The notes: generated from the letters alone by a model not told the origin. Counted from the stretch's first letter, positions 1 through 10,268 are shown. The stretch is 64,000 bases of DNA from an uncultured Clostridia bacterium (GCA_944390695.1 CALXQP010000020.1:1789-65788); one strand, 5' to 3'. Numbers and translations are program-made.

Positions 1-250
1 ACTTTTTATAAAAGCCTCTAATAATTCCGGATTTATATTCAATGTTCCATTATAATACATTTGGCGCAAATTATTTTTCATAGCTCCTAGGTTATAACCT
101 TTATACCTTGTGTTTGCGACAATCTTTCTTCCAGTTCTAACCATATATTCAGTCATTAAGTTTAACTTTTCTTCCATACTTAATCGTTTTGATTTATAAG
201 ATTTTTTCTTACTTTTAGATGAATATTTTGAAATATTAGTATCCATTAAA
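1..250 (-). CDS. Partial CDS (N-terminal part; continues past window start): helicase-associated (HA) domain-like protein
   Basis: Antisense ATG at 248-250 with SD GGAGAGGG upstream. Translation MDTNISKYSS...NLGAMKNNLRQMYYNGTLNINPELLEAF resembles the HA-domain LG.W..QR...G.L pattern. ORF runs off the window edge. Confidence 0.35.
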
Positions 251-274
251 ACCCTCTCCTCTAGTGCAAATATT

Positions 275-850
275 TTATCTTATAATTTTACAATTTCTTT
301 TCATTCTACTTTTTCCTAAAATTTCATTATATAATTGTGATATTTTATTTACAATAAACTCATCTTCTAAAACTTTATTACTACAAGGCAATATATAACA
401 CGAATATCTAACTGTATATAAAATTATATCAAAATTCATTTTCTTAAATCCTAAATTTTCATAAAATCTAGCTCTTCTTTGCCTAGTTTGATTTTGATTT
501 TCATTATGCCCAAGACCAACTTTTTCAATTTCTATAAAAATACCATCATAATCTTTATACATTTCTTCTAATAATTTAATTGCTTTAGAACCATAGCCTT
601 TACTTTGATGGCTAGGTAAAATCGCAAAATAGTCCAAATGTATATAAAGATTAGATTCAAAACTATTTATTATAAAAAAACCTATAATTTGGTCATTATC
701 CAAAATCTTGATAAAACTAGTAATTTCCTTTTCATATAATCTCTTTAATTCACTATAAGGCTTTCTTTCCATTATAGGAAAAATCTGCTTATATTCTGGA
801 TATATTACCTTTTTAAATTCTTCTAAATCAATTTTCTTTAATTTCATCAA
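275..850 (-). CDS. GNAT family N-acetyltransferase
   Basis: 191-aa ORF. Acetyl-CoA-binding-like segment QSKGYGSKAIKLLEE and the RFYENLGFKK motif are typical of GNAT folds. Confidence 0.65.
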   Translation of the reverse strand: MMKLKKIDLEEFKKVIYPEYKQIFPIMERKPYSELKRLYEKEITSFIKILDNDQIIGFFIINSFESNLYIHLDYFAILPSHQSKGYGSKAIKLLEEMYKDYDGIFIEIEKVGLGHNENQNQTRQRRARFYENLGFKKMNFDIILYTVRYSCYILPCSNKVLEDEFIVNKISQLYNEILGKSRMKRNCKIIR

Positions 851-906
851 TCAATTTCCTTTCAATTTTTATTAATGTTAATACAAATTTCTGTATTTAT
901 TATTAA

Positions 907-2826
907 CTATAAAATTGATTTTGTTTCAATTTCTTGATTAATTTTATCTAAAAATTCTTCAATAGACATTTGACCAATATCTCCATTACTTCTTGAACGT
1001 ACACCTAAACTATTATTTTCAACCTCTTTGTCTCCAATAACTAGCATATAAGGTACTTTTTGTAATTGGGCTTCTCTAATTTTATAACCAATCTTTTCAT
1101 TTCTATCATCAAATTCTACTCTAATATTTTTGTTTTCCAAGATGTTTTGCACTTTTAAAGCATAATCTTTTTGATTATCTGTAATTGTCATAATTTTTAC
1201 TTGTACTGGTGAAAGCCAAGTTGGAAAAGCACCTGCAAAATGTTCTGTAATAATTCCTATAAATCTTTCAAAAGATCCAAATAAAGCTCTGTGAACTAAT
1301 ATTGGTGTCTTTTTATCTCCATTTTTATCAATATAAGAAAGATTAAATCTTAAAGGTAATTGGAAATCAACTTGCACTGTACCCATTTGCCATTCTCTTC
1401 CTAAACAATCTTTCATTTTAATATCAATTTTAGGACCATAAAATGCACCATCACCTTCATTAATTTTATATTGATCTTTTCCACATAATTCATCTAAAAC
1501 ATCTCTTAAATTCTTCTCTGCTTTGTTCCATAATTCAATTTCACCCATAAAATCATCTGGTCTTGTTGATAAAGTTAATTCGAAATCTAATCCAAAAATT
1601 CCATATAAATATTTTGCAATTTCAACTATATCTTTAATTTCAGAACCTAATTGCTCTTCTGTTATAAAATTATGAGAATCATCTTGTCTAAACATTCTTA
1701 CTCTAAACAATCCATTTAATTGTCCAGATTTTTCATTTCTATGAATTACATCTATATCATTAAATCTAATTGGTAAATCTTTGTAACTTCTTAATTTTGA
1801 TTGGAATAATTTTATTGCATTTGGGCAATTCATTGGTTTTAGTGCTTGTTCTCTGCCATCAGAATCTGTTAAAACAAACATATCTTCTTTATAATGATCC
1901 CAATGTCCTGATGTTTTCCATAATTCACTACTATTTAATTGTGGACCTGAAAATTCTTGATATCCTCTTTTTTGATGTTCTTTTCTCCAGAAATCAATTA
2001 AAATATTCATCATTTTAAATCCTTTTGGCATCCAATAAGCCATACCTGGAGCTGTTTCATCAAAGAAAAATAAATCTAATTCTTTTCCTAATTTTCTATG
2101 ATCTCTTTTTTTAGCTTCTTCAATCATATTAATATATTCATCTAATAAACTTGCTTTAGGGAAAGAAATTCCATATATTCTTTGTAAAGTCTCTCTATGT
2201 TCATCACCTCTCCAATAAGCACTAGAAGAATTTAAAATTTTAATTGATTTTACTTTCCCTGTACTCATTAAATGAGGTCCTGCACATAAATCTACAAACT
2301 CACCTTGTTTGTAAAAAGAAATCTCTTCACCTTCTGGCAAATCTTCAATTAATTCTACTTTATATTTTTCATTTTTTTCTTTCATGAATTTTATAGCATC
2401 TTCTCTTGGAAGTAAAAATCTTTCAATTGGTAAATCTTCTTTTATTATTTTTTTCATTTCCTCTTCTATAGCAATTTTATCTTCATCAGAAAAAGGATTT
2501 TCTACATCAAAATCATAATAAAATCCATTATCAATAGCAGGTCCTATTGCAAGTTTAATGTTAGGAAACAATCTCTTTATAGCTTGTGCCATAATATGTG
2601 AAGTTGTATGCCAATATGCTTTTTTTCCTTCTTCATCATCAAAAGTTAAAATTTCTAATTTACAATTTTCTTGTAATTCATATCTTAAATCTTTAACTTC
2701 CCCATTTACTTTTCCTGCTGTAGCAACTCTTGCAAGCCCCTCACTTATTTGTTTTGCTACTTCAATAATTTTTACACCTTTTTCTACATCTAATTTTTTT
2801 CCATCTTTCAATTCTAGTTTAATCAT
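907..2826 (-). CDS. thrS: Threonine--tRNA ligase (ThrRS)
   Basis: Start placed at MIKLELKDGKK, which is downstream of the ORF-track start. TGS/second-additional, class II core and anticodon-binding regions are recognisable. Preceded by a T-box leader. Confidence 0.95.
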   Translation of the reverse strand: MIKLELKDGKKLDVEKGVKIIEVAKQISEGLARVATAGKVNGEVKDLRYELQENCKLEILTFDDEEGKKAYWHTTSHIMAQAIKRLFPNIKLAIGPAIDNGFYYDFDVENPFSDEDKIAIEEEMKKIIKEDLPIERFLLPREDAIKFMKEKNEKYKVELIEDLPEGEEISFYKQGEFVDLCAGPHLMSTGKVKSIKILNSSSAYWRGDEHRETLQRIYGISFPKASLLDEYINMIEEAKKRDHRKLGKELDLFFFDETAPGMAYWMPKGFKMMNILIDFWRKEHQKRGYQEFSGPQLNSSELWKTSGHWDHYKEDMFVLTDSDGREQALKPMNCPNAIKLFQSKLRSYKDLPIRFNDIDVIHRNEKSGQLNGLFRVRMFRQDDSHNFITEEQLGSEIKDIVEIAKYLYGIFGLDFELTLSTRPDDFMGEIELWNKAEKNLRDVLDELCGKDQYKINEGDGAFYGPKIDIKMKDCLGREWQMGTVQVDFQLPLRFNLSYIDKNGDKKTPILVHRALFGSFERFIGIITEHFAGAFPTWLSPVQVKIMTITDNQKDYALKVQNILENKNIRVEFDDRNEKIGYKIREAQLQKVPYMLVIGDKEVENNSLGVRSRSNGDIGQMSIEEFLDKINQEIETKSIL

Positions 2827-2839
2827 AAAAAATTCCCCC

Positions 2840-3075
2840 TTAATATAATATAGTTGTAACCATATAACACAAAAACTCCTATAAGCATATATTTTATGCC
2901 TATAGGAGTGCGTACACGGTTCCATCCTAGATTTAACTCAATTTGATTTAACGCATCTTCCACGTCTAGCTTATTCACTAGATATCTAAAGAGTTAGTTT
3001 TTCAAATATGTTTTCTTAAATTAGCTCTCAACCTTTGACTAATTCTCTCTGTTAGAAACCTCTATTTTACTTTGT
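2840..3075 (-). promoter_or_regulatory. T-box riboswitch leader of thrS
   Basis: Minus-strand leader contains the Stem I AGAGA motif (ACAGAGAGAATTAGTCAAAGG), the conserved T-box sequence AATCTAGGATGGAACCGTG (consensus AAnnnGGGTGGnACCGCG) and a terminator hairpin ACTCCTATAGGCAT...ATGCTTATAGGAGT followed by a U-tract. Confidence 0.75.
2868..2907 (-). terminator. Intrinsic terminator (attenuator) of the thrS T-box
   Basis: 13-bp stem ACTCCTATAGGCA / TGCTTATAGGAGT followed by TTTTTGTG on the minus-strand transcript. Confidence 0.6.
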
Positions 3076-3078
3076 CTC

Positions 3079-3456
3079 TTATATATTTCTATATTCTTTT
3101 ACTTTTTTATATGCAAATATTGCAATTACTATTAATGCAAATATTGCTACACCTACTACTGTATTTTCTGCAAGACCAGCTTCTGGTAAATTAGTTTCAT
3201 AATTGTTAGCTGGTGGTGTTTGTTCTTCATTAGTACTTGTATTATTATTATTTTGGTTTGCATTAGTATTTGTATTATTTGTATTGTTTGTATTATTATT
3301 TGTACTATCATTAGGCTCTAATTGATCAGTTGTATCTTCAAAGAAATCAAGCCCCTCATCACTATCTGTTAAGGCAAATACATTTGTTGATACTGACATT
3401 AATACAATTCCAACTACTAAAACTAATATTAATTTAAAAATTCTTTCTTTTTTCAT
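3079..3456 (-). CDS. Small sortase-substrate-like surface protein (signal peptide, N/T-rich low-complexity region, LPEAG motif, TM helix, basic tail)
   Basis: 125 aa. The C-terminus NLPEAGLAENTVVGVAIFALIVIAIFAYKKVKEYRNI has cell-wall sorting-signal architecture. The N-terminus looks like a signal peptide. Confidence 0.55.
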   Translation of the reverse strand: MKKERIFKLILVLVVGIVLMSVSTNVFALTDSDEGLDFFEDTTDQLEPNDSTNNNTNNTNNTNTNANQNNNNTSTNEEQTPPANNYETNLPEAGLAENTVVGVAIFALIVIAIFAYKKVKEYRNI

Positions 3457-3620
3457 TTTAATACCTCTTTCTTTTATCTATAGTATTTATCCTCTCTATA
3501 TATTTATACTATATTTTTTAACTAATTGCAAGTTTTTTTATGGATTTTTTTCATTTTTTTGTTAGAATCTTATTTTTTTCATATTATTATTTTAATTTAG
3601 CTTTATTATTATCTCATAAA

Positions 3621-4712
3621 TTAAACATTAAATTTAAAAAGAACAATATCTCCATCTTGCATTATATAATCTTTTCCCTCTTGACGAACTAATCCCTTTT
3701 CTCTTGCAGCAACCATTGAACCTTCTCTTATTAAATCGTCATATGAAACAACTTCTGCTTTAATAAAACCTCTTTCAATATCAGAATGAATTTTTCCGGC
3801 AGCTTTGGGAGCTTTTGTACCTTTTTTGATTGTCCAAGCTCTTACTTCTGGCTCACCTGCAGTCAAAAATGACATTAAACCTAATAAGTCATAACTTTTT
3901 TTGATTAATTTATCTAATCCAGATTCTTCTAGTCCTAAAGCTTCTAGCATTTCAGCTTTATCTTTTTCTTCTAGTCCAGATAATTCCTCTTCTATTTTAA
4001 CACATAATGGAATTACTTCTGCATTTTCCTTTTTAGCATATTCAATTACATTTCTTACCATAGGCTCATTTTCTGCATTTCCAATTTGCTCTTCTGAAAT
4101 ATTTGCTATATATATTATTGGTTTTGCTGTTAATAAAAACATATCTTTTAACATTTCTTGTTCATCTTCGGTAAAAGACATTGCTCTTGCAGAAATTCCT
4201 TTTTCCAAATTTGCTTTTAATTTTTCAATAAAATCAATTTCAGCTTGATATTTTTTATCTGCTTTTAAATTCTTTTTAGCTTTTTCTAGTCTTTTATCTA
4301 GTGTTTCCAAATCTGCAAATATTAATTCTAAATTTATTGTTTCAATATCTCTTAATGGATTTACACTTCCATCTACATGTATAACATTTGCATCTTCAAA
4401 GCATCTTACTACTTGTACTATTGCATCTACTTCTCTTATATGTGATAAAAATTTATTTCCAAGACCTTCTCCTTGGCTCGCTCCTTTTACTAGTCCTGCA
4501 ATATCTACAAATTCCACTACTGCTTTTGTTACCTTTTGTGGTTTGTACATTTCTGCTAATTTATCTATTCTTTCATCTGGAACAGCAACAACACCCACAT
4601 TTGGCTCTATTGTACAAAATGGATAATTTGCACATTCTGCTCCTGCTTTTGTAATACTATTAAACATTGTACTTTTTCCTACATTAGGTAAACCTACTAT
4701 TCCTATCTTCAT
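3621..4712 (-). CDS. ychF: Ribosome-binding ATPase YchF (Obg-family GTPase)
   Basis: 363 aa. G1 motif GLPNVGKST, then the TGS domain. Strong family resemblance over the full length. Confidence 0.95.
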   Translation of the reverse strand: MKIGIVGLPNVGKSTMFNSITKAGAECANYPFCTIEPNVGVVAVPDERIDKLAEMYKPQKVTKAVVEFVDIAGLVKGASQGEGLGNKFLSHIREVDAIVQVVRCFEDANVIHVDGSVNPLRDIETINLELIFADLETLDKRLEKAKKNLKADKKYQAEIDFIEKLKANLEKGISARAMSFTEDEQEMLKDMFLLTAKPIIYIANISEEQIGNAENEPMVRNVIEYAKKENAEVIPLCVKIEEELSGLEEKDKAEMLEALGLEESGLDKLIKKSYDLLGLMSFLTAGEPEVRAWTIKKGTKAPKAAGKIHSDIERGFIKAEVVSYDDLIREGSMVAAREKGLVRQEGKDYIMQDGDIVLFKFNV

Positions 4713-4814
4713 TATTATGCCTCCATTTTTTGTTTGTATGTTATTTTATAACATCTACCTTTTTTTATACTATATATTTTCTTCAAAAATAATAGATAAT
4801 TTCTTACGCTATTC

Positions 4815-4889
4815 TGGCTGGGGTGGTAGGATTCGAACCTACGCATCGATGGGTCAGAGCCATCTGCCTTACCGCTTGGCTACACCCCA
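4815..4889 (-). tRNA. tRNA-Gln (anticodon CUG)
   Basis: Reverse complement reads TGGGGTGTAGCCAAGCGGTAAGGCAGATGGCTCTGACCCATCGATGCGTAGGTTCGAATCCTACCACCCCAGCCA. Acceptor stem is 7 bp, the T-loop is GGTTCGAATCC, the anticodon loop is CTCTGAC (CTG) and CCA is encoded. Resembles the Bacillus tRNA-Gln body (AGCCAAGCGGTAAGGC). Confidence 0.85.
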
Positions 4890-5036
4890 AAGTAAGTTAA
4901 TTACAGTACTTATAATACCACAGCCATCAAAAATTTGCAATATTATATTATAAGAAGTTTCGGTTTTTTTCAAAATTGCTTTTAAGTTTTCAATTGACTA
5001 TTTTTTTCAAAATCAATATATATCCTAAAAAATATT

Positions 5037-5720
5037 CTAAAATTCATATTTATCTATTTCTTTTTCATATTTTTTATATTCTGGCATAAATTTTTCTATA
5101 ATCTCAAAAAATCTTTTGCCATGTGTCTTATATTTTAAATGACAAAATTCATGCATAATTACATATTCTATTATTTCTCTCTTATATTGCATTAATTCTG
5201 GATTTATTGTTATTTTACCATTAACACATTTTCCTAAAGTATTTTTTATTTTAGAAATTTCATAATCTTCAGGAGCAAAACCTAGTATTTTTCTTGTTTT
5301 TTCCATAAAATGCTCTACTTCATTATTAGCTATTTGCTCATACATTTTCTCTATTGACATTTCTAAAATTTGTTCATTTCCTATTTTTTTATATTTATTA
5401 GGTAATATAATTTTTATATTATAATTTTTTTCTAAATTTAATTCTGGAGTTTTTATATTTTTATATTCTACTTTAATATCATAATATTTTCCAAATATTT
5501 TTACTGATTGCATATTTGGAAGATTTTGTTCATATTCTTGCATTTTATTTAAAATCCAGTTCTTTTTCTCTTGTACCATTTGTTGAATTTTATTTGCAGT
5601 AAAATACCAAGGTGCATTAACAACTACTTCACCATTTTGAACTGAAATATATACATCTTTATTTATCACCTTATTTACTGTATATGTTATTACATTATCT
5701 TTTCTTCCAAATATACTCAT
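5037..5720 (-). CDS. YgjP/DUF45-like metal-dependent hydrolase (M48/SprT-like, HExxH)
   Basis: 227 aa. C-terminal segment GKITINPELMQYKREIIEYVIMHEFCHLKYKTHGKRFFEIIEKFMPEYKK matches the DUF45 zinc-binding HExxH region. Confidence 0.65.
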   Translation of the reverse strand: MSIFGRKDNVITYTVNKVINKDVYISVQNGEVVVNAPWYFTANKIQQMVQEKKNWILNKMQEYEQNLPNMQSVKIFGKYYDIKVEYKNIKTPELNLEKNYNIKIILPNKYKKIGNEQILEMSIEKMYEQIANNEVEHFMEKTRKILGFAPEDYEISKIKNTLGKCVNGKITINPELMQYKREIIEYVIMHEFCHLKYKTHGKRFFEIIEKFMPEYKKYEKEIDKYEF

Positions 5721-5877
5721 CTTAATTTCCTCCTTATTTTTCGAATTGTTGTTCGCTTTTGTTGTTCTTATTTTATAACCTTTTTTTCATTTTGTCAATA
5801 GTTTTTCAAAATTTTTCGAACATTTTTTTGTATTTCTTTTTTTTTAATCAAATACAAGAATTTTGAAGTAAGAATTG

Positions 5878-5928
5878 TAGATTAGTAAGTTTAGTAGTGA
5901 GTTTCAAAAATACCGAAACTTAAATATT
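5878..5928. repeat. Fragment of dispersed repeat family B (terminal ...TTTCAAAAATACCGAAAC)
   Basis: Matches the terminus of the palindromic element at 33194-33540. A related fragment lies at about 4958-4990 (GAAGTTTCGGTTTTTTTCAAAA). Confidence 0.4.
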
Positions 5929-5998
5929 TTTAAATATAAAATTTTTCAGATAAGTTATATATTAACTAGACAAGTAATATATTTTATCGAGGTGTAAC

Positions 5999-7051
5999 AT
6001 GAGAAAAAATTATTTTTACATTTTTAAATTAAAACAAATTATATTGCCATCAATTCTAATACTATTTACTAGTTGTCTTGTAATCTTTTCTAATACAAAT
6101 CTATCAGCTGCAAAAAATGGGCTTATTTTATGGGCAAATTCAATAGTTCCATCATTATTTCCATTTTTCGTAGCAACTGAACTATTATCACATACAAACT
6201 TCACATATTATCTTGGCAAAATCTTAAATAAATTTATGAAACCTATTTTCAATGTACGTGGAGAAGGCAGTTTCGCACTGATTATGGGAATTATTAGTGG
6301 ATATCCAATAGGAGCCAAAATTGCAGCAAATTTTCGAAAAAATAATATATGTTCAAAAGAAGAATGTGAAAGACTTTTAAGTTTCACAAACAACTCTGGT
6401 CCATTATTTATAATTGGAACTGTTGGAATTAGTATGTTTGGAAATTCAACAATTGGCTTTCTTTTACTCATAACACATCTACTTGCATCATTTACAGTTG
6501 GAATTATTTTTAGATTTTGGAAATATCAAAAAGATTCACATATTCAAGAAAATCATACATGGTCTAACACAAATGATAATATCAGCCTTTCAAATTTAGG
6601 AGGAATCATAGGAAACAGCATTTCCAGCTCAATAAACACTATTCTTTTAATTGGTGGATTTGTAGTACTATTTTCTGTAATAATTTCAATAATGCAAGCA
6701 AGCCAATTATTACAAATATTGTCAAACAGTTTACAACATATTTTCAATTTGCTACATATCCCCTCAACATTCTGTACAGGCTTCATTTCAGGAATTCTAG
6801 AATTAACAAATGGCTTAAATATTATATGTAACATACCAGAAAAAAACTTGTCAATAAACATTATGATTGCCTCTTTTCTTCTTGGCCTAGGCGGAATATC
6901 AATATTATTACAAGTTTGGAGCACAATTGCGAAAACAGATTTATCAATAAAACCATATATTCTAGGCAAATTACTACACGCATGTTTCTCCGCATTATAC
7001 ACATTTATACTCCTAAATAATTTTGTAATATTCAATTTTAACATTATCTAA
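5999..7051 (+). CDS. ylbJ: Sporulation integral membrane protein YlbJ-like (nucleoside-recognition/Gate domain membrane protein)
   Basis: 350 aa, polytopic membrane protein. Segment GSFALIMGIISGYPIGAKIAANFRKNNICSKEECERLLSFTNNSGPLFIIGTVG resembles the YlbJ family. Confidence 0.6.
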   Translation: MRKNYFYIFKLKQIILPSILILFTSCLVIFSNTNLSAAKNGLILWANSIVPSLFPFFVATELLSHTNFTYYLGKILNKFMKPIFNVRGEGSFALIMGIISGYPIGAKIAANFRKNNICSKEECERLLSFTNNSGPLFIIGTVGISMFGNSTIGFLLLITHLLASFTVGIIFRFWKYQKDSHIQENHTWSNTNDNISLSNLGGIIGNSISSSINTILLIGGFVVLFSVIISIMQASQLLQILSNSLQHIFNLLHIPSTFCTGFISGILELTNGLNIICNIPEKNLSINIMIASFLLGLGGISILLQVWSTIAKTDLSIKPYILGKLLHACFSALYTFILLNNFVIFNFNII

Positions 7052-7059
7052 AATTTGAC

Positions 7060-7156
7060 AAAAAGAGAACCGGCACCAAATTAGCAAAACAGCCCAAACC
7101 AGCTGGCCAAGCGAAAAAGAAGCAAAAAGGCAAAAAGAGAACCGGCACCAAATTAC
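7060..7156. repeat. Dispersed intergenic repeat family A (two direct cores AAAAAGAGAACCGGCACCAAATTA separated by a GC-rich module)
   Basis: Cores at 7060-7083 and 7124-7156 flank the spacer gcaaaacagcccaaaccagctggccaagcgaaaaagaagc. Same family as the copies at 12346, 16190, 21265 and 29955. The second core supplies the TAA stop of the VanW gene. Confidence 0.7.
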
Positions 7157-7890
7157 CCTATTTTAAAAAGCTTAGCAGTAACATTAGTAGGAGAATTTTC
7201 CATCACAATTTTAATCGTATTAGAAGTATTATTTTTAAACTTAAAATCATAAGCACCATAAGAAACAGCAGCATCATTTCCATCTTGAATATATGGAACA
7301 TGCCCACTATGTTTATGTCTTTCCACAACTTCAAGTTCATGGACTTTCAAAACCGCATTATATAAAGTAGTGCTAACCTGGCAATTTCCGCCTCCAAGCC
7401 CCTGCTCTTTTTTGCCTTCTACATAAATATCTGCTTTTTCATATCCTTTATCAGTAGTAGCCTTTCCAACAACTTTCTCAAAAGAAAAAGTTTCACCTGG
7501 CGCAATTTCACAATTAGTTAATCTTTGGCAAGTTATAGTAATATTATTTTGTCTTTCTTCATCTTTATTGTATATTTTAGTAGAAAAATTAGCTATTTCA
7601 GTTTCTTTTTTAGATGAAGTCTCTTTTCCTGGTTTATTAGTAGTTGAATTATTTGATATATTATCATCTTTACCGTTTATATCAGTAGTTTTATCATCTT
7701 TTTTTTCAGCACTACCTTCATTTTTAAAATCATCTTTATTACTTGTAGTAGTGCCGCTTCTCTGAGCTTGATAATTCGAATTATTAGTTCCTTGTTCTGA
7801 ATTATTTGTACTATTCCTTGAACTAAACCACCACCAAGCACCTCCAGTAATTAATGTTAAAACTACCCCTATCACAACATATTTCTTCAT
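7153..7890 (-). CDS. VanW domain-containing protein (N-terminal TM anchor)
   Basis: 245 aa. GETFSFEKVVG...GGGNCQVSTTLYNAVLKVHELEVVERHKHSGHVPYIQDGNDAAVSYG matches VanW family conserved blocks. N-terminal hydrophobic helix. Confidence 0.75.
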   Translation of the reverse strand: MKKYVVIGVVLTLITGGAWWWFSSRNSTNNSEQGTNNSNYQAQRSGTTTSNKDDFKNEGSAEKKDDKTTDINGKDDNISNNSTTNKPGKETSSKKETEIANFSTKIYNKDEERQNNITITCQRLTNCEIAPGETFSFEKVVGKATTDKGYEKADIYVEGKKEQGLGGGNCQVSTTLYNAVLKVHELEVVERHKHSGHVPYIQDGNDAAVSYGAYDFKFKNNTSNTIKIVMENSPTNVTAKLFKIG

Positions 7891-7917
7891 TTTTTCCTCC
7901 TTTCACAACTCAATAGA

Positions 7918-10137
7918 TTATGAACTTATTTCATATGCTTTTCTCAATTTTTCTATTTTTTTAATCTGTTCATTTTCATAATCAATTTCTTGTTGTGCAT
8001 TTCTTCTATAAACATCAATTGTAAACTCTCTTTTAACTGATCCATCTTGAGAAGTTACGATAATTGTAATCTTATTATTGCCATCTACAATATTTTCATT
8101 CCCAAAAATCTCTGATTTTGCATTTTCATTTTCTGGAATAGCCAAAATATTAAGTTTAGTAATATTATGTGATACTTCTGTGCTATAATTAGTAATAGAA
8201 TTATCAAATGGCACATTAAATAAAGCATTTTCAATAGCTAGAGTCTCCAAATTCGTATTTTTAGCTTCTAAAATTGTTCCATCATTTTGAGCAGCCTCTA
8301 CCAATTTAGCATTATCTATTAATTGAGCGTCATCTACTATATCTAGGGATTGAGCACTATCTACTCTATCTACAAACTGTTCAATTATTTGTAAGCCCAA
8401 AATATGTCGTTGAATTAACAATAAATCAACTGAAGTAGGCTTATTTCCATTTTTTCTAACATTTGAAGCCTTAACAAAAATATCATCTAATTTTTGAATC
8501 TCCAAAATATGTCTTTGTAAAACCAATAAATCAACACTATTAATTTTTCCATCACCATTTGAATCTCCATATAAAATAACATTATATTCTTTCAAAACAC
8601 TTCCATTTTGTTTAAAGCGAACTTTGCAGCCTGTGCCAACCAAATCGCTCTCATTAAGCACTTTATCATTTAGATTAACTATTTCGACATCAATATTAGT
8701 AGCTGAATTAGCAGCAAGTTCAGCCTCAATTTCTTTTTTTAGATTTGAAACAGAATTTGCTTTATAATTTAAACCTGTAACTTCTGAATCTGCCCAGTTT
8801 AACTCATTCTCAGTATTTTCAAGCACTTCAGATACATATTTTTGGCTTATATAACCTATAATTCCATTTTCTAAAATGACTTTATCCCATTTGTCCCCAG
8901 ACTGCTTGCCTTTCAAAATCCTCGTCATTTTGGCTTGAATTGGAACAGTTGTTATAATTTCATATGAAGTACTTGGGCCAGTTCTTATATTTACAGTATT
9001 AGCATTACACATTACTTTTGAATTATCTTGTACAAAATCATTTTTATTTATATTTGGACTATCTGCAGGAATAGTTGGCATATTATTATAAATAGGAATA
9101 ATAAATGAAATTGACGAATCTAGCATCCCCACTTTTTGATATCCATTATAAATAGATTTTGACTCACTATATGGTGCCAAAACATTTGTCATATATTGAT
9201 GCCAAAACAAGCCATCACCATTTGTATCAATAACATCAAATTTCTGTAGATAAACTGTGTTTTGCCCAACATTTATATAACTAGAACCAATAAAAATTCC
9301 ACCACCACTAATTGCCTTATCTTTATTATTCCATGGAATTAAATATTTTCTTTTAGTAGATTCATTTGCACCTTTGCCATCTCTTGCATATCTTAAGCCA
9401 TTTTTGATTGCCCCCATTGGTTCAGCTGAACTTGTAGCACCTATATTATAAAAATTGTATAACCCTTCAAATCCACTTACTGTACCACTTATAGAACCAT
9501 GTGTCAAAAATGGTCCAACCTCTTGTTTTATGCGAGATGCTAAATGATATGAACTTACAGATGATGTTTTCGCAGCTTTTAAAATCAAATCAGAATATCT
9601 TTCACTCATAGAAATATTGTTTCCATTACTATCAAAATATGAAACTTGTTTTTGATAAAATTCTGTTCCATATAAAATTTTTTCAATTGCTAATAAATCA
9701 TTTGTATGCTCATCATAAGATAATCCTTCGAATTGAAACAATCGTACTTCATTTAAGAAATTTCTAGGATCCATGCAATATTCAACTGCCTGTTTAGAAC
9801 TATCTACCCAACCTGCATCAACTTCCACGTTATACTGTCCAGGCGTAGTATTTTTCCAAGAATCTGAATAATTTAATGGTACCAAATTTTTTCCAAATAC
9901 ATTTTCTTCTTTTATAACATAATTCCAATCCAAACCAGTATATAATGGTATAAATTTCCAATTCGGATGTTTTTTTGCAAGCTCTCTTAAATATGGCTGA
10001 TAATCACTCGGAAACTTGTCAATTCCACCAGCTGAACTTGCTCCATTTACACTAAAATACAAAAATATCAAACCACTTATTAATATAACCAAAATTGTAA
10101 TGAAAATATATTTTTTCTTTTTACCAAATCTCTTCAT
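7918..10137 (-). CDS. Multidomain cell-wall hydrolase: glucosaminidase (GH73-like) + SH3b + type-I dockerin + C-terminal Ig-like domain, N-terminal TM/signal
   Basis: 739 aa. YNFYNIGATSSAEPMG...ISGGGIFIGSSYI resembles the Glucosaminidase/GH73 fold. SH3b-like segment VNIRTGPSTSYEIITTVPIQAKMTRIL...GYISQKYV. Dockerin segments are GDSNGDGKINSVDLLVLQRHIL (canonical Ca loop D-x-N-x-D-G-x-I-N-x-x-D) and NGNKPTSVDLLLIQRHIL (degenerate). Confidence 0.7.
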   Translation of the reverse strand: MKRFGKKKKYIFITILVILISGLIFLYFSVNGASSAGGIDKFPSDYQPYLRELAKKHPNWKFIPLYTGLDWNYVIKEENVFGKNLVPLNYSDSWKNTTPGQYNVEVDAGWVDSSKQAVEYCMDPRNFLNEVRLFQFEGLSYDEHTNDLLAIEKILYGTEFYQKQVSYFDSNGNNISMSERYSDLILKAAKTSSVSSYHLASRIKQEVGPFLTHGSISGTVSGFEGLYNFYNIGATSSAEPMGAIKNGLRYARDGKGANESTKRKYLIPWNNKDKAISGGGIFIGSSYINVGQNTVYLQKFDVIDTNGDGLFWHQYMTNVLAPYSESKSIYNGYQKVGMLDSSISFIIPIYNNMPTIPADSPNINKNDFVQDNSKVMCNANTVNIRTGPSTSYEIITTVPIQAKMTRILKGKQSGDKWDKVILENGIIGYISQKYVSEVLENTENELNWADSEVTGLNYKANSVSNLKKEIEAELAANSATNIDVEIVNLNDKVLNESDLVGTGCKVRFKQNGSVLKEYNVILYGDSNGDGKINSVDLLVLQRHILEIQKLDDIFVKASNVRKNGNKPTSVDLLLIQRHILGLQIIEQFVDRVDSAQSLDIVDDAQLIDNAKLVEAAQNDGTILEAKNTNLETLAIENALFNVPFDNSITNYSTEVSHNITKLNILAIPENENAKSEIFGNENIVDGNNKITIIVTSQDGSVKREFTIDVYRRNAQQEIDYENEQIKKIEKLRKAYEISS

Positions 10138-10268
10138 TTCAGACCTCTTTACTTCACTATATTTTTCATATCTGCCTTTAAATTTTTTAATTTAACCAAA
10201 ATTTAAAACTATTTATTTCTCTATTTTTATCATATCTGCCACTTTAATTTTTTATCTTTAATAAAATT

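Noticed and set aside
1770-2018. Plus-strand ORFs nested inside minus-strand genes. Examples: 1770-2018, 2558-2848, 3901-4248, 4388-4654, 17050-17397, 23480-23752, 37414-37845, 54640-55072, 61604-61875, 62570-62904.
   Set aside because: These are antisense frames of AT-rich coding DNA. They give low-complexity L/F/I/Y-rich translations. They lack SD sequences. They lie fully inside well-supported genes.
4717-4953. 78-aa ORF on the plus strand between ychF and the DUF45 gene.
   Set aside because: It overlaps the tRNA-Gln gene on the opposite strand. The product contains a tRNA-derived translation (…GWGGRIRTYASMGQSH…). It is an artefact.
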